NCBI GenBank assembly: GCA_964345065.1
Contig: CAYFPT010000001.1
Span: 1 to 48,059 of the forward strand
DNA length: 48,059 bases
DNA from: an uncultured Bordetella sp.
GTDB lineage: Bacteria > Pseudomonadota > Gammaproteobacteria > Burkholderiales > Burkholderiaceae_A
Reading direction: 5' to 3'
Part shown: piece after piece, positions 37,071-46,386 of the stretch
Layout: each line of letters opens with the position of its first letter
Numbering within the stretch: position 1 is the first letter of the stretch
The notes under the pieces: model-generated
What the model was told of the DNA's origin: nothing
Seen by the model: the letters and a program-made list of their open reading frames with translations, nothing else
Database searches by the model: none
Made by a program: the position numbers and the translations under genes

Positions 37071-39412
37071 TGGGCATGAGAAATCTGGGCGCCTCCGTAA
37101 ATCGTATCGAGGACGATCGTCTGATCACGGGCCGGGGCCGCTATGTCGACGATATTAAGATTCCCGGCATGCTCTCTGCAGCGTTTCTGCGCTCCCCCGA
37201 GGCGCATGCCAGAATCAAATCAATTGATCTAGAGGCCGCCCGCGCCATTCCCGGTGTGATCGCTGTCTTCACCCTGAAAGACCTCGGGCCGCAGGCAGAT
37301 CGACGCATGGTACAGGCCTATCCGAATCCCGCCATTAAGATTGACATTACGCCCTATCCCCTGGCCAAGGATGAAGTCTGTTACGTGGGCGAGCCCATCG
37401 CGCTGGTGATTGCAGAGAATCGCTATCTTGCAGAAGATGGGGTCCAGGCCATTGAATGTGAGCTTGAATCCCTGCCTTGTGTTCTTGATGCGCGAGAGGC
37501 GCTTGCACCAGATGCCCCGTCGGTTCAGTCATCGTCTGCCTCGAATCTTGCGGCAAGCATGCAGTGGAAGTTTGGCGATATTGATCAGGCGTTTCAGCAG
37601 GCCGATCATGTCTTTCGCGAGCGTTATTTTCAGCATCGGGGCGCGCCCCATTTCATGGAATGTCGCGGCGTGCTGGCCCAGCATGATGCGGGCACGAATC
37701 GTCTGACCTTGTGGAGTTCGACTCAGTCCCCGTTTCTGGTGCGGCGCTACCTGTCGGCCTACCTTAGCCGCGAAGAGTCAAATATTCGAGTGATTGCGCC
37801 CGACGTGGGCGGCGGCTTTGGCCCAAAAGCTGTTCACTATGCAGAGGAACTCGTTCTGGCACTGGCATCAGAAAAGCTTCAGCGGCCGGTAAAGTGGATC
37901 GAGGACCGTCGAGAAAACTTCGTCAGCACGAACCAGCAGCGCGACCAATGGTGGGAGGTCGAGGTCGCCTGTACCCAAGAAGGCCGCATTCTGGGCATCC
38001 GCGGCGAGTGCATTCATGACAATGGCGCCTATGTCCCCTACGGCTTACTTCTGCCGAACACGTCGCTGGTGCCGTTTCCAGGGCCCTATGCGATCAGCGC
38101 AGTGGATATTCGACTCCAGGCGGCCCTGACCAATGCGGTGCCGACCACGCCCATCCGGGGGGCTGGCCGACCGAATGCAACGTTCATCATGGAGCGCCTG
38201 GTGGACACGGTGGCGAACTCTCTCGGGCTGGATCGGGCGCAGGTGCGACGAATTAATTTTGTGCGCAAGGAACAGTTTCCTTATTTAACTGGTGCAAAAC
38301 TGCCCTCGGGCATTGCAGTGGAGTATGACTCGGGCGATTACCATCGCACGCTCGACATGGCCCTGAAGGCCAGCCAGGCCAGCAGCTTTGAGCAAAGACG
38401 TCAGCTTGCAGCCGGTTCTGGGAAATGGCGCGGCCTCGGGATCGCCAGCTATAACGAAGACTCTGGCCTGCCCCCTTACGAGGGCGCGACCGTGAAGGTG
38501 CTGCCTTCCGGCAAGATCGTTGTTGAGGTGGGCTCCTGTGCCCAGGGCCAGGGTCTTGAGACCATCGTTGCGCAGATTGCAGCCGACTCCTTTGGCCTGC
38601 AGGCCCATGACATCCTCGTTCGTACGGGGGATACAGACTTTGCAGCGCTGGCCTTATCGACTGTGGGAAGTCGTGTCGCAGCCACCGTGGGCCCCTCAGT
38701 TCACCTTGCCGCCCAGGAGGTGCGGGAAAAGGCACTTCGGCTCGCCGCCCGGGATTTTGAGGTCTCCGAGCGGGACCTTGAGATGAGCGACGGAAAGATT
38801 GCCATTAAAGGTGTACCGGGAAAGTCGATTGGCCTGGGCGACTTAAGCCGCCGGCTTCTGGCCAACGTCAATATGCCGGTTCCTGCAGGGTTTGGCCCGG
38901 GATTGGAGGCGACCTCTTACCACACCACCCAACGCCCGGTCTATGCCAACGGAACCAATGTCTGCGAGGTGGAGGTGGATCTGGAGACAGGCGAGGTCGA
39001 TCTACTGAACTATTGGGTTGCCCATGACTGTGGGACCATTATCAATCCTCGGCTGGTTGATGGACAGATTATCGGGGGTGTCGTTCACGGAATCGGCAAC
39101 GCCTTGTTTGAGCACATGAAATATGACCGTTATACGGGACAACCTCTATCGACCAACCTGGGTGAATACCTCCTTCCACTCGCCACCGAAATGCCGCATA
39201 TTCACGTAGAGCATATGGAAAGCCCATCTCCGCGAAATCCTCTGGGCATCAAGGGCGCAGGCGAGGGTGGGACAATTCCGGGAATTGCTTGCGTGATCTC
39301 AGCGGTAGAGGATGCGCTGAAACCGCTGGGTGTCAAAGTCAATGAGTATCCGCTCTCCCCCGAACGGCTTCTTGAACTCATTGATGAGAAACGCGAGCAA
39401 AAGGCTTCTTGA
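37067..39412 (+). CDS. Xanthine dehydrogenase family molybdopterin-binding (large) subunit
   Basis: R.ED.RLITG.G.Y.DD, STQ, VGGGFG.K, PIRGAGR loop, QGQG and KGAGEGG (catalytic Glu). Confidence 0.93.
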   Translation: MMGMRNLGASVNRIEDDRLITGRGRYVDDIKIPGMLSAAFLRSPEAHARIKSIDLEAARAIPGVIAVFTLKDLGPQADRRMVQAYPNPAIKIDITPYPLAKDEVCYVGEPIALVIAENRYLAEDGVQAIECELESLPCVLDAREALAPDAPSVQSSSASNLAASMQWKFGDIDQAFQQADHVFRERYFQHRGAPHFMECRGVLAQHDAGTNRLTLWSSTQSPFLVRRYLSAYLSREESNIRVIAPDVGGGFGPKAVHYAEELVLALASEKLQRPVKWIEDRRENFVSTNQQRDQWWEVEVACTQEGRILGIRGECIHDNGAYVPYGLLLPNTSLVPFPGPYAISAVDIRLQAALTNAVPTTPIRGAGRPNATFIMERLVDTVANSLGLDRAQVRRINFVRKEQFPYLTGAKLPSGIAVEYDSGDYHRTLDMALKASQASSFEQRRQLAAGSGKWRGLGIASYNEDSGLPPYEGATVKVLPSGKIVVEVGSCAQGQGLETIVAQIAADSFGLQAHDILVRTGDTDFAALALSTVGSRVAATVGPSVHLAAQEVREKALRLAARDFEVSERDLEMSDGKIAIKGVPGKSIGLGDLSRRLLANVNMPVPAGFGPGLEATSYHTTQRPVYANGTNVCEVEVDLETGEVDLLNYWVAHDCGTIINPRLVDGQIIGGVVHGIGNALFEHMKYDRYTGQPLSTNLGEYLLPLATEMPHIHVEHMESPSPRNPLGIKGAGEGGTIPGIACVISAVEDALKPLGVKVNEYPLSPERLLELIDEKREQKAS

Positions 39413-39445
39413 GACTGATTTGATTATTTTTAATAAGGAGACTGT

Positions 39446-40522
39446 ATGAAACGCTTTTTTTTAAAGTCGGTTGTAGCCGCCGGGCTGGCCCTCGTGATGA
39501 GTGGAGCAGCATTGGCGCAAGTCACCATTAAGGTCGCTACTCCTACCCCGGAAAAAGGGTGGTTTGGAGACATTCATAAATGGTGGGGGCAGGAGGTCGA
39601 GAAGCGATCGAAAGGAGAAATTAAGGTCCAGTTTTTCTGGGCGAACTCGCTGGTCAAATGGCCAGACTGTCTGCCAGGAATACAGTCAGGGGTTACTGAT
39701 ATGTGCTGGATTAGCAGCAGCTATCACCCCGCAAATCTTCCGAATTACATGATTCTTGAGAATCTGCTGAATTTTGGGGATGACTATGTTGCCGCTGTAA
39801 AAGCAGGGATCGATACACTGGAGCTACAGCCGGATATGGTTGCCGAGCTGAAGCGTGAAGATATCGTGCTGATGATGTCGCATATTAGTGGTCACGGACC
39901 AATCGGCACGAAACGCCCACTAAAGTCAATCGATGAAATGAAGGGCAAAACATTGCGCACTTATGGCGGAGCGCGAACCGACTTTTATAAAGAGCTCGGC
40001 ATGAACCCTGTTTTCATGACCTTCCCGGAAATGTATAACGCTATGGACCGGGGTACAGTCGATGCCCTTGGCGAGAACGTACTGATGCTTGCCAACTCAT
40101 TTAAATTAAATGAGGTCATCGGCAACGTGCATAACGCCAATCCTCCGGGGACCAACGGTAATGGCGGTGTCATTGGGTCGGCTTTCTTTATGAGGGGTCA
40201 GACATGGCGCTCGCTGAAACCCGAACATCAGCGGATGCTCAAAGAGCTTCGCTGGGAATATGGAATTCGCTACGCCTCCAGCCTGATGGAAATGGAAAAG
40301 AGCATCCGTGCCGATTGGGCTGCTAAAAATAAAATTACATTTCAGAGTTCTAGCCCCGAAGATGCCCAGAAAATTCTGAAAGCGGCCAATGCTGCCAACG
40401 AAGTCTTTTACAAAAAGCAAGAAGCAGCGGGCGCAAAGAATGTACGTGCCGTATATGACTACTACCTGAAGGCCCGCCGGAAGTATGAAGATCAGCATAA
40501 GAAAACCGGCAATTTCAACTAA
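39446..40522 (+). CDS. TRAP substrate-binding protein (DctP family)
   Basis: Signal peptide ending ALA-Q, KGKTLRT (Arg retained) and EMYNAMDRGTVD; TAAGGAG RBS. Confidence 0.9.
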   Translation: MKRFFLKSVVAAGLALVMSGAALAQVTIKVATPTPEKGWFGDIHKWWGQEVEKRSKGEIKVQFFWANSLVKWPDCLPGIQSGVTDMCWISSSYHPANLPNYMILENLLNFGDDYVAAVKAGIDTLELQPDMVAELKREDIVLMMSHISGHGPIGTKRPLKSIDEMKGKTLRTYGGARTDFYKELGMNPVFMTFPEMYNAMDRGTVDALGENVLMLANSFKLNEVIGNVHNANPPGTNGNGGVIGSAFFMRGQTWRSLKPEHQRMLKELRWEYGIRYASSLMEMEKSIRADWAAKNKITFQSSSPEDAQKILKAANAANEVFYKKQEAAGAKNVRAVYDYYLKARRKYEDQHKKTGNFN

Positions 40523-40538
40523 GTAATCCTGTAGAAAT

Positions 40539-40570
40539 AAAAAAGCCCGCCTCTTTCGGCGGGCTTTTTT
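40539..40570. terminator. Bidirectional rho-independent terminator
   Basis: AAAAAAGCCCGCC-TCTTTC-GGCGGGCTTTTTT between convergent genes. Confidence 0.9.
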
Positions 40571-41675
40571 ATGCGTGGTGTCTTCGCCAATGATAGTAAT
40601 TATCAAGGGTGGCGTGTGGACTAATCATTTCCGGAGTGAAGGGCACTGGCGTTTGACCGCTTTGAACCTTGTTTGCCCAATGTGGATCGGCCAGCGCACC
40701 TTTTCCAACCGAACAAAAATCTCCCTCTCCGGTTTGCAAGGCATTTTCTGCGGCCGAGGGATCATGCAGCTTTCCATTACAAATTACCGGAAGATGGGTA
40801 TAACGTTTGGCCAATCCACTCAGTGATTTATCGGTTCCAAAAACTGGTGTTACGCCGAGGTGGGCAGCGACATGAATATAGTCCGCACCCGCCTTCTCCA
40901 TGGCTGGAAAAATTATCTTTGCGTCATCATCCCCGCCTGGCCAGACATATTCAAGATCATTGACCTTGGTCTGTGATAGCCGAACGCCGATCAAATAATC
41001 CGGTAAGGCAGCCCGCAATGCTTCAATGATACGCACATGAAATCTCAGGCGATTTTCAAGAGCGCCACCAAACGTGTCCTGACGATGGTTCGTGTAGAGG
41101 GTGAGAAATTGATCGGGCAGGTATCCATTTGCTCCATGCAGCTCGACACCATCAAAACCGGCACGTCGCGCCCGCTGTGCAGCGGCAACGTAGGCTTCTA
41201 TAACCAGCGAGATTTCTTCAGTCGTAATTTCTCTGGGGGTCTGGAAGGGGCCTGAGCTTCCGCGATAGCGGGCAATTTGCTCCCCCTTCGGCGTGATCGC
41301 GGAGGGAGCAATTGAGCCAGCGACCCATGCATTTCCCTGGTTGACGGCGCCCGCATGAAAAAGCTGAGCCACAAACCGGCAGCCCCGTGCATGAACGGCA
41401 TCCACAATACGATGCCAACCTTCCTCTTGGGTGCGGTTGGCGAGGCCGGGTTGAAATGCATATCCCTGGCTGTACTGCTCGTCGATATAAATCGCCTCCG
41501 ATAAAATGCCACCCCAGCCCCCGCCGGCGAACTCCGAGTAATACTGCAGCATCTGATCGGTGGGCTGTCCGCGCTCGGACGCGCTTGCGCGTGTCAATGA
41601 AGAAACCAGACAGCGGTTCTTGAACACAACCCTGCCCAATCTTCCTTCCGATAAGAGGATCGGATACTTAGTCAT
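40569..41675 (-). CDS. NADH:flavin oxidoreductase (Old Yellow Enzyme family)
   Basis: QLFHAG, AGFDGVELHGANGYL.DQFL, N.RQD.FGG.LENR. Confidence 0.92.
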   Translation of the reverse strand: MTKYPILLSEGRLGRVVFKNRCLVSSLTRASASERGQPTDQMLQYYSEFAGGGWGGILSEAIYIDEQYSQGYAFQPGLANRTQEEGWHRIVDAVHARGCRFVAQLFHAGAVNQGNAWVAGSIAPSAITPKGEQIARYRGSSGPFQTPREITTEEISLVIEAYVAAAQRARRAGFDGVELHGANGYLPDQFLTLYTNHRQDTFGGALENRLRFHVRIIEALRAALPDYLIGVRLSQTKVNDLEYVWPGGDDDAKIIFPAMEKAGADYIHVAAHLGVTPVFGTDKSLSGLAKRYTHLPVICNGKLHDPSAAENALQTGEGDFCSVGKGALADPHWANKVQSGQTPVPFTPEMISPHATLDNYYHWRRHHA

Positions 41676-41717
41676 TTAGTGAAACTCCATAACAGGCATG
41701 ACTTCTGGATTTATGGT

Positions 41718-42365
41718 TCACGACAATGGTATCGCAACCCACTTTTGATACCCCTTCTCTTTTTGTATTAACTCAAACCATCGAAATAAAGCGGGATAGC
41801 GATCCTGATCTACAACCCCAAGCGCCGTTGCTCGATAAATAATCGGAGCCAGGCAAATATCGGAAAGCGTGGGCCGTCGGCCCGAAAGCCAGCTATGTCT
41901 TTTAAAAAAATTGTCCAGGATTACGAAGTATCCGGCACATTCGTTTTCAGAATCTTTTAATTTTTGAAGATTCCGTTGGGCCGGTGGAGTTCGGATTAAT
42001 TGCTGAAACACAACAACCATCGGTGCGCTGATACCCCAAAGTATCCAATCCATCCACTGATCGATCAGGCCACGGTCTTGCGCATCTGCCGGATAGAGCG
42101 CGAGTGCCACTTGCATCGTTTTTTGATCTGAGATGCTGCGATTGCAGAGATACCGACAAATACTATGCGACTCCCAAAGTCGAAAGTCGCCGTCTTCGAG
42201 CAAGGGAATCCGCCCGTTAGGGTTCTTGGATAAAAACGATTCGCTTTTGTTGACCGTGAACTGAAGTCCCGCATCCTCTCGCACATAATCTAAGCCGAGA
42301 TCATCTAAAACCCAGAGTACTTTCTGTACATTTGCAGATGTGACTCGGCCCCAGATTTTAAGCAT
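41718..42365 (-). CDS. Glutathione S-transferase (GstB-like)
   Basis: Start moved to ATG 42365. MLKIWGR.TSANVQKV, NPNGRIP and LWESHSI. Confidence 0.9.
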   Translation of the reverse strand: MLKIWGRVTSANVQKVLWVLDDLGLDYVREDAGLQFTVNKSESFLSKNPNGRIPLLEDGDFRLWESHSICRYLCNRSISDQKTMQVALALYPADAQDRGLIDQWMDWILWGISAPMVVVFQQLIRTPPAQRNLQKLKDSENECAGYFVILDNFFKRHSWLSGRRPTLSDICLAPIIYRATALGVVDQDRYPALFRWFELIQKEKGYQKWVAIPLS

Positions 42366-42816
42366 CAGGATCTCCATGGTCGGGGAATAAGCCTGCCGCT
42401 CGAATACCGGCAACCGCACAGATCTCGTCATTCTGGGAAGTGTCGCCGCTGATGCCAACAGCACCGATCACGGTTTTCTCAGCATCCCGAATCAGAACAC
42501 CCCCTTGTACAGGCACCATATCACCATCACTCAGATGCTGGACCGCATGTATAAAAAAAGGCGCCTTTTCTGCACGTCGTTGAAGTTCCCTGCTGCCAAA
42601 TCCAAGACCCAGGGCCCCTCGCGCCTTGCCGGTAGCGATTTTGAACCGGTACAGCGATGTCCCGTTTTCTGCGAGATGAACCTTAATTTCTCCACGAATA
42701 TCCACGATCGAGACAGCCAGAGGATGAAATTGTTGAGATCGCGCCGTCTGGAGTGCATGCTGAGCAATGATTAGGGCGGACTCCAGCGTGATTGAGCGTA
42801 ATTCGATGGATGACAT
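42358..42816 (-). CDS. GlcG/HbpS family heme-binding protein
   Basis: AVSIVD..G, IATGKA and GGVLI...IGAVGISG.TS..D. Confidence 0.9.
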   Translation of the reverse strand: MSSIELRSITLESALIIAQHALQTARSQQFHPLAVSIVDIRGEIKVHLAENGTSLYRFKIATGKARGALGLGFGSRELQRRAEKAPFFIHAVQHLSDGDMVPVQGGVLIRDAEKTVIGAVGISGDTSQNDEICAVAGIRAAGLFPDHGDPDA

Positions 42817-42835
42817 ATTTTCTCCGCTATAGAAT

Positions 42836-43855
42836 TTAAAGAGTAATCGGCTCTACTTTGTTGGATAAAACCGCACGCATAATGGCCTCCAGCGCGCCGA
42901 CTGTATAGAGTTTTTCCGCACTATGAATGGGATAGGGGGCTTCACCACGGACCGCCAGTGCGAATGCATTGAGATTAGCAAGAACCGCCTGGTGTGGCTC
43001 AAAGAATTCTTTTTCTTGGGCCTCGCCCCTTAGCGTTTTTGTCACATCCCATCCCGTGGGGTTTTCGGGGTGGGTCCGATCTCGGATTTCGGCCCAGCCC
43101 TTTGACCCGTAGATTGCGAATCGACCATCAAATGGGGTCGCGAGTATCGCACTCATCAGTGACACTGCCCCCGACTCAAATTCTAGAAATATGGCCAAGG
43201 TATCCCCATTCTCAAATCCAGCACCGCGAGAGGTTAATCGGGCGGCTACGGATCGAGGCTTGCCCAGAAAACTGACGGAGAGATCCACCAAATGAATTCC
43301 TGTCGCTGTCAGCGGCCCGACAGGTGCTACTTGATTTGAGAGCCGCCAATTATCTCTTGGCAGATTCAGAAACTTATCTTGACTAAAATTTGCTTCGATT
43401 TGGAGCGGTACACCATATAACTCAGCCGTCATTTCTTTTTTAAGTCTGATCATAGCGGGCTCAAATCGACGCTCATGTCCGACGCCGAGAACCAGATGGC
43501 GATCTTCACATGCATTGATTGCGCGCATAGCATCGGGAAGATTCATACAAAGAGGTTTTTCACAAAAAACATGCAGGCCTCGATTGGCTGCCGCAATGAT
43601 TTGATCTGCATGCTGCGGGTGGGGTGTACAAATGACAACTGCCTCGAGACCCGGCTGCTGAATGAGACTCTCAAAGTCACTGTAAAACTTGACATCCTTG
43701 AGTGCCTCGGGGCGCGGCGTTGGATGCAGTTCCGTAGCAGGTTCGGCAATGCAGCGAAGCTCAAAATTAGGGGATCCTGCCAGCAGCGCGGCAATGACTT
43801 TACCCCACCAGCCATAGCCAGCGATTCCGATAATTAAAGGTTCTTTTTTACTCAT
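42836..43855 (-). CDS. Gfo/Idh/MocA family oxidoreductase
   Basis: GYGWWG, CTPH, HVFCEKP, GHERRF and GIHLVD. Confidence 0.9.
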   Translation of the reverse strand: MSKKEPLIIGIAGYGWWGKVIAALLAGSPNFELRCIAEPATELHPTPRPEALKDVKFYSDFESLIQQPGLEAVVICTPHPQHADQIIAAANRGLHVFCEKPLCMNLPDAMRAINACEDRHLVLGVGHERRFEPAMIRLKKEMTAELYGVPLQIEANFSQDKFLNLPRDNWRLSNQVAPVGPLTATGIHLVDLSVSFLGKPRSVAARLTSRGAGFENGDTLAIFLEFESGAVSLMSAILATPFDGRFAIYGSKGWAEIRDRTHPENPTGWDVTKTLRGEAQEKEFFEPHQAVLANLNAFALAVRGEAPYPIHSAEKLYTVGALEAIMRAVLSNKVEPITL

Positions 43856-43973
43856 TTTTTAAACGATCTCAGACGGACAACGGTTGATCGGAGTCTCTCG
43901 ATTCTAGCCAATACAGAACGCCACCTCACGGGGCTCTAAAACGCATCCAGTGGCAGCGCGACCCAAGACGGGG

Positions 43974-44762
43974 CTAGTGGCCGTCCAGGATCAGCTGCCC
44001 AAGCAGCACGGTAGCCACCAAGAACAGGATTCCTTTTAGCCACTGCCGATAGGTATCAACTGAAATCCTTTCTCGCAAAAGAATACCCCGGTTGCACAAC
44101 AGGATTGCGACCGGCACCAGCAGAAGGCCCGGTATCCACTCCGTCAGACCGACGGATGGATTATTCTGGCCCCCCACTGAAAGCGTCACGAACTGCAGTG
44201 CTTTTCCGGTGAAAAAGCAGAGATTAAATACCTGAACAATGGTCTGGGTCGACAGGCTTGTCAGCAATGAAAAAAGAAGTAGAAATGGGGCGCCCATATT
44301 TACAGACGCTTCGGTATTTCCAGCGAGAAAGGCAGCGAGCATACCCACGGGCATCACCCATCGTTCCGGCAGCTGGGGGAGGTTTCCGCGGAGCAGATCG
44401 ACGGAAAGAAACAAAAAAAGCGCCCCTGAAATGATCCACAGCAGGACGTTGGTCGATACATTCTGAAAAATCCAGGATCCCGTCAGCCCACCCCAGATCA
44501 TGAAAAACGGCAGCGGCCAGAATATTCGAAATACCTCTCGGGTTTTGCTTCCAAAAAAAGTCATTCTTGCCGTCAAAAAAAAGGCTACAGGAACCGTTAA
44601 TACCATCGCAGAGCGGAAACTTATTAACAGCACAAGAATTGGCATAGCCACGGAAACAAAACCAAGACCAAGAACCCCGTGGGCATATGCAGCTGCAAGA
44701 ACAATAAATGCTGAGAGGATCAACTGCCCAATTGAATTTTCGAGAAAAAAAAGGGAATCCAC
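43974..44762 (-). CDS. TauE/SafE family membrane transporter
   Basis: About 8 TM segments with a duplicated G.G / G.P repeat (HGVLGLGF; ASVNMGAP). Confidence 0.78.
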   Translation of the reverse strand: MDSLFFLENSIGQLILSAFIVLAAAYAHGVLGLGFVSVAMPILVLLISFRSAMVLTVPVAFFLTARMTFFGSKTREVFRIFWPLPFFMIWGGLTGSWIFQNVSTNVLLWIISGALFLFLSVDLLRGNLPQLPERWVMPVGMLAAFLAGNTEASVNMGAPFLLLFSLLTSLSTQTIVQVFNLCFFTGKALQFVTLSVGGQNNPSVGLTEWIPGLLLVPVAILLCNRGILLRERISVDTYRQWLKGILFLVATVLLGQLILDGH

Positions 44763-44873
44763 TAGAAGTACCAGCCGCCTGAGGAATTGACGTTAACCCA
44801 TGAGATCTTAGCAGGGACAAGCAGCAGCAGCGCTTTTCTGCGAAGGAGTCTCTGGAGTATCATCCCGAGTATC

Positions 44874-46052
44874 TTGAATAGAAACCTTGCGCTCCTTTCC
44901 CTTTGCCAGGGGCTTTTTCTCACCAACAACATTACGTTTATCGCCATCAATGGCCTAGTGGGGCTGGTATTGGCGCCTTATGCCTGGATGGCGACGCTCC
45001 CAATGATGGGCTATGTATTAGGGGGTGCGGTATTCGCAGACCTTGTTGCAAAGCTTCATAGCGACCTTGGCCGCAGACGAAGTTTTTTAATTGGAATTGT
45101 GATCGCAGTGGTTTCTGCGTTGATTTGTCTGATTGCTTCGCTGCAAAAAAGCTTCGTTTTACTTCTGCTCGGAACTTTTTTGGCAGGTTTTTATCAGGCC
45201 AACGGCCACCTCTACCGATTCGCTGCCGCTGAAATTTCAAATCCATCTTCAAAAGAGAAAGCGGTCTCTTGGGTTCTTGCAGGGGGGCTGTTGGGCGCCA
45301 TTATTGGGCCGAACCTTGCCAGTTACACGAAAAACTCGCTCGATACCGTTTTTTCCGGATCGTATCTGGCACTTGCTGCTATTGGTGCAATTGCCTTGTT
45401 GCTGATGTCCTGGATTCGATTTCCGCAGCTCTCTAAGTCAGCGCCTGCCCAAATATCTAACGCCACACCGACAGCGTTGATCAGGCGCCCGGTGTTTTTA
45501 GTCTGTATTGTGATCGCGGCCTTGAGTTATGGCGTGATGAACCTTCTCATGGCAGCAACGCCACTGGCGATGGAGACGTGTGGTTATCCGTTCAGCGATA
45601 CCGCACTTGTTTTGGAATGGCATGTCATCGGCATGTTCGCCCCGGGATTTTTTACGGGGCACTTGATAAAGCGTTTTGGTTCAGTGCCAATTATGTTCGT
45701 TGGTCTTATCCTATATCTTGGATGTATTATCGTCGCACTCTCCGGACAAGACTTACACCAGTTTCTAATCGCCTTATTTGCACTCGGAGTTGGATGGAAC
45801 TTTCTTTTCACTGCGAGCACGACACTCTCGCTGAGTAGCTACAGCCCCGAGGAACGGGATAAGGCACAGGCCCTGATTAATAAGGGCGTATTTATCGTTA
45901 TGGCGTTTAGTTCTTTTGGCGCGGGAGCGCTTGTGACGACCCAGGGATGGACATGGTTAAACATTGGGTCGACTGTTCCCACGGTGCTGATGCTATTCGC
46001 ACTCGTGTGGTTTATATTTTTTAGAAAGACGAAGCAGTTGTCGGGTTCCTAG
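44874..46052 (+). CDS. MFS transporter (RfnT-like)
   Basis: About 12 TM segments; LGRRRSF, YRFAAAE, WHVIGMFAP and GVGWNF. Start uncertain: TTG 44874 preferred, ORF open from 44787. Confidence 0.85.
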   Translation: MNRNLALLSLCQGLFLTNNITFIAINGLVGLVLAPYAWMATLPMMGYVLGGAVFADLVAKLHSDLGRRRSFLIGIVIAVVSALICLIASLQKSFVLLLLGTFLAGFYQANGHLYRFAAAEISNPSSKEKAVSWVLAGGLLGAIIGPNLASYTKNSLDTVFSGSYLALAAIGAIALLLMSWIRFPQLSKSAPAQISNATPTALIRRPVFLVCIVIAALSYGVMNLLMAATPLAMETCGYPFSDTALVLEWHVIGMFAPGFFTGHLIKRFGSVPIMFVGLILYLGCIIVALSGQDLHQFLIALFALGVGWNFLFTASTTLSLSSYSPEERDKAQALINKGVFIVMAFSSFGAGALVTTQGWTWLNIGSTVPTVLMLFALVWFIFFRKTKQLSGS

Positions 46053-46357
46053 CGTGGTCCAGACGCCACATCATGGTGTTCGGAGATTTTTTTAGACCGC
46101 CTCATATCGCGAATTTTTAGAAATAGAACTGAGCTTGAGAGCACGATGGTGACTGTATTGGCAGCGATCGTCGGGCCAATATGGGCCAGTATCCCAAAGG
46201 TGAGCCAGAAGCAAGTTCCGGCAACAAAAATAAGATACATCGGTAAAGAGATACCGGAAAGATTATCCGAGCGCCATGCAAGAATGACCTGAGGTAAAAA
46301 GGCGAAAGTGGTTAGTGTGGCGCCGATGTAACCAAACATGTCAACTGAGATAAGCAT
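46049..46357 (-). CDS. SemiSWEET (PQ-loop) transporter
   Basis: LTTFAFLPQ, ISL.MY, W..FG and AN; 3 TM segments. Confidence 0.9.
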   Translation of the reverse strand: MLISVDMFGYIGATLTTFAFLPQVILAWRSDNLSGISLPMYLIFVAGTCFWLTFGILAHIGPTIAANTVTIVLSSSVLFLKIRDMRRSKKISEHHDVASGPR

Positions 46358-46386
46358 TAGGTATTCCTTTGATCAATCGAAAAGCG

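Noticed and set aside
35023..39412. Aerobic CO dehydrogenase (coxMSL)
   Set aside because: The large subunit lacks the AYxCSFR Cu-binding motif (it has PIRGAGR), and there are no coxDEF genes.
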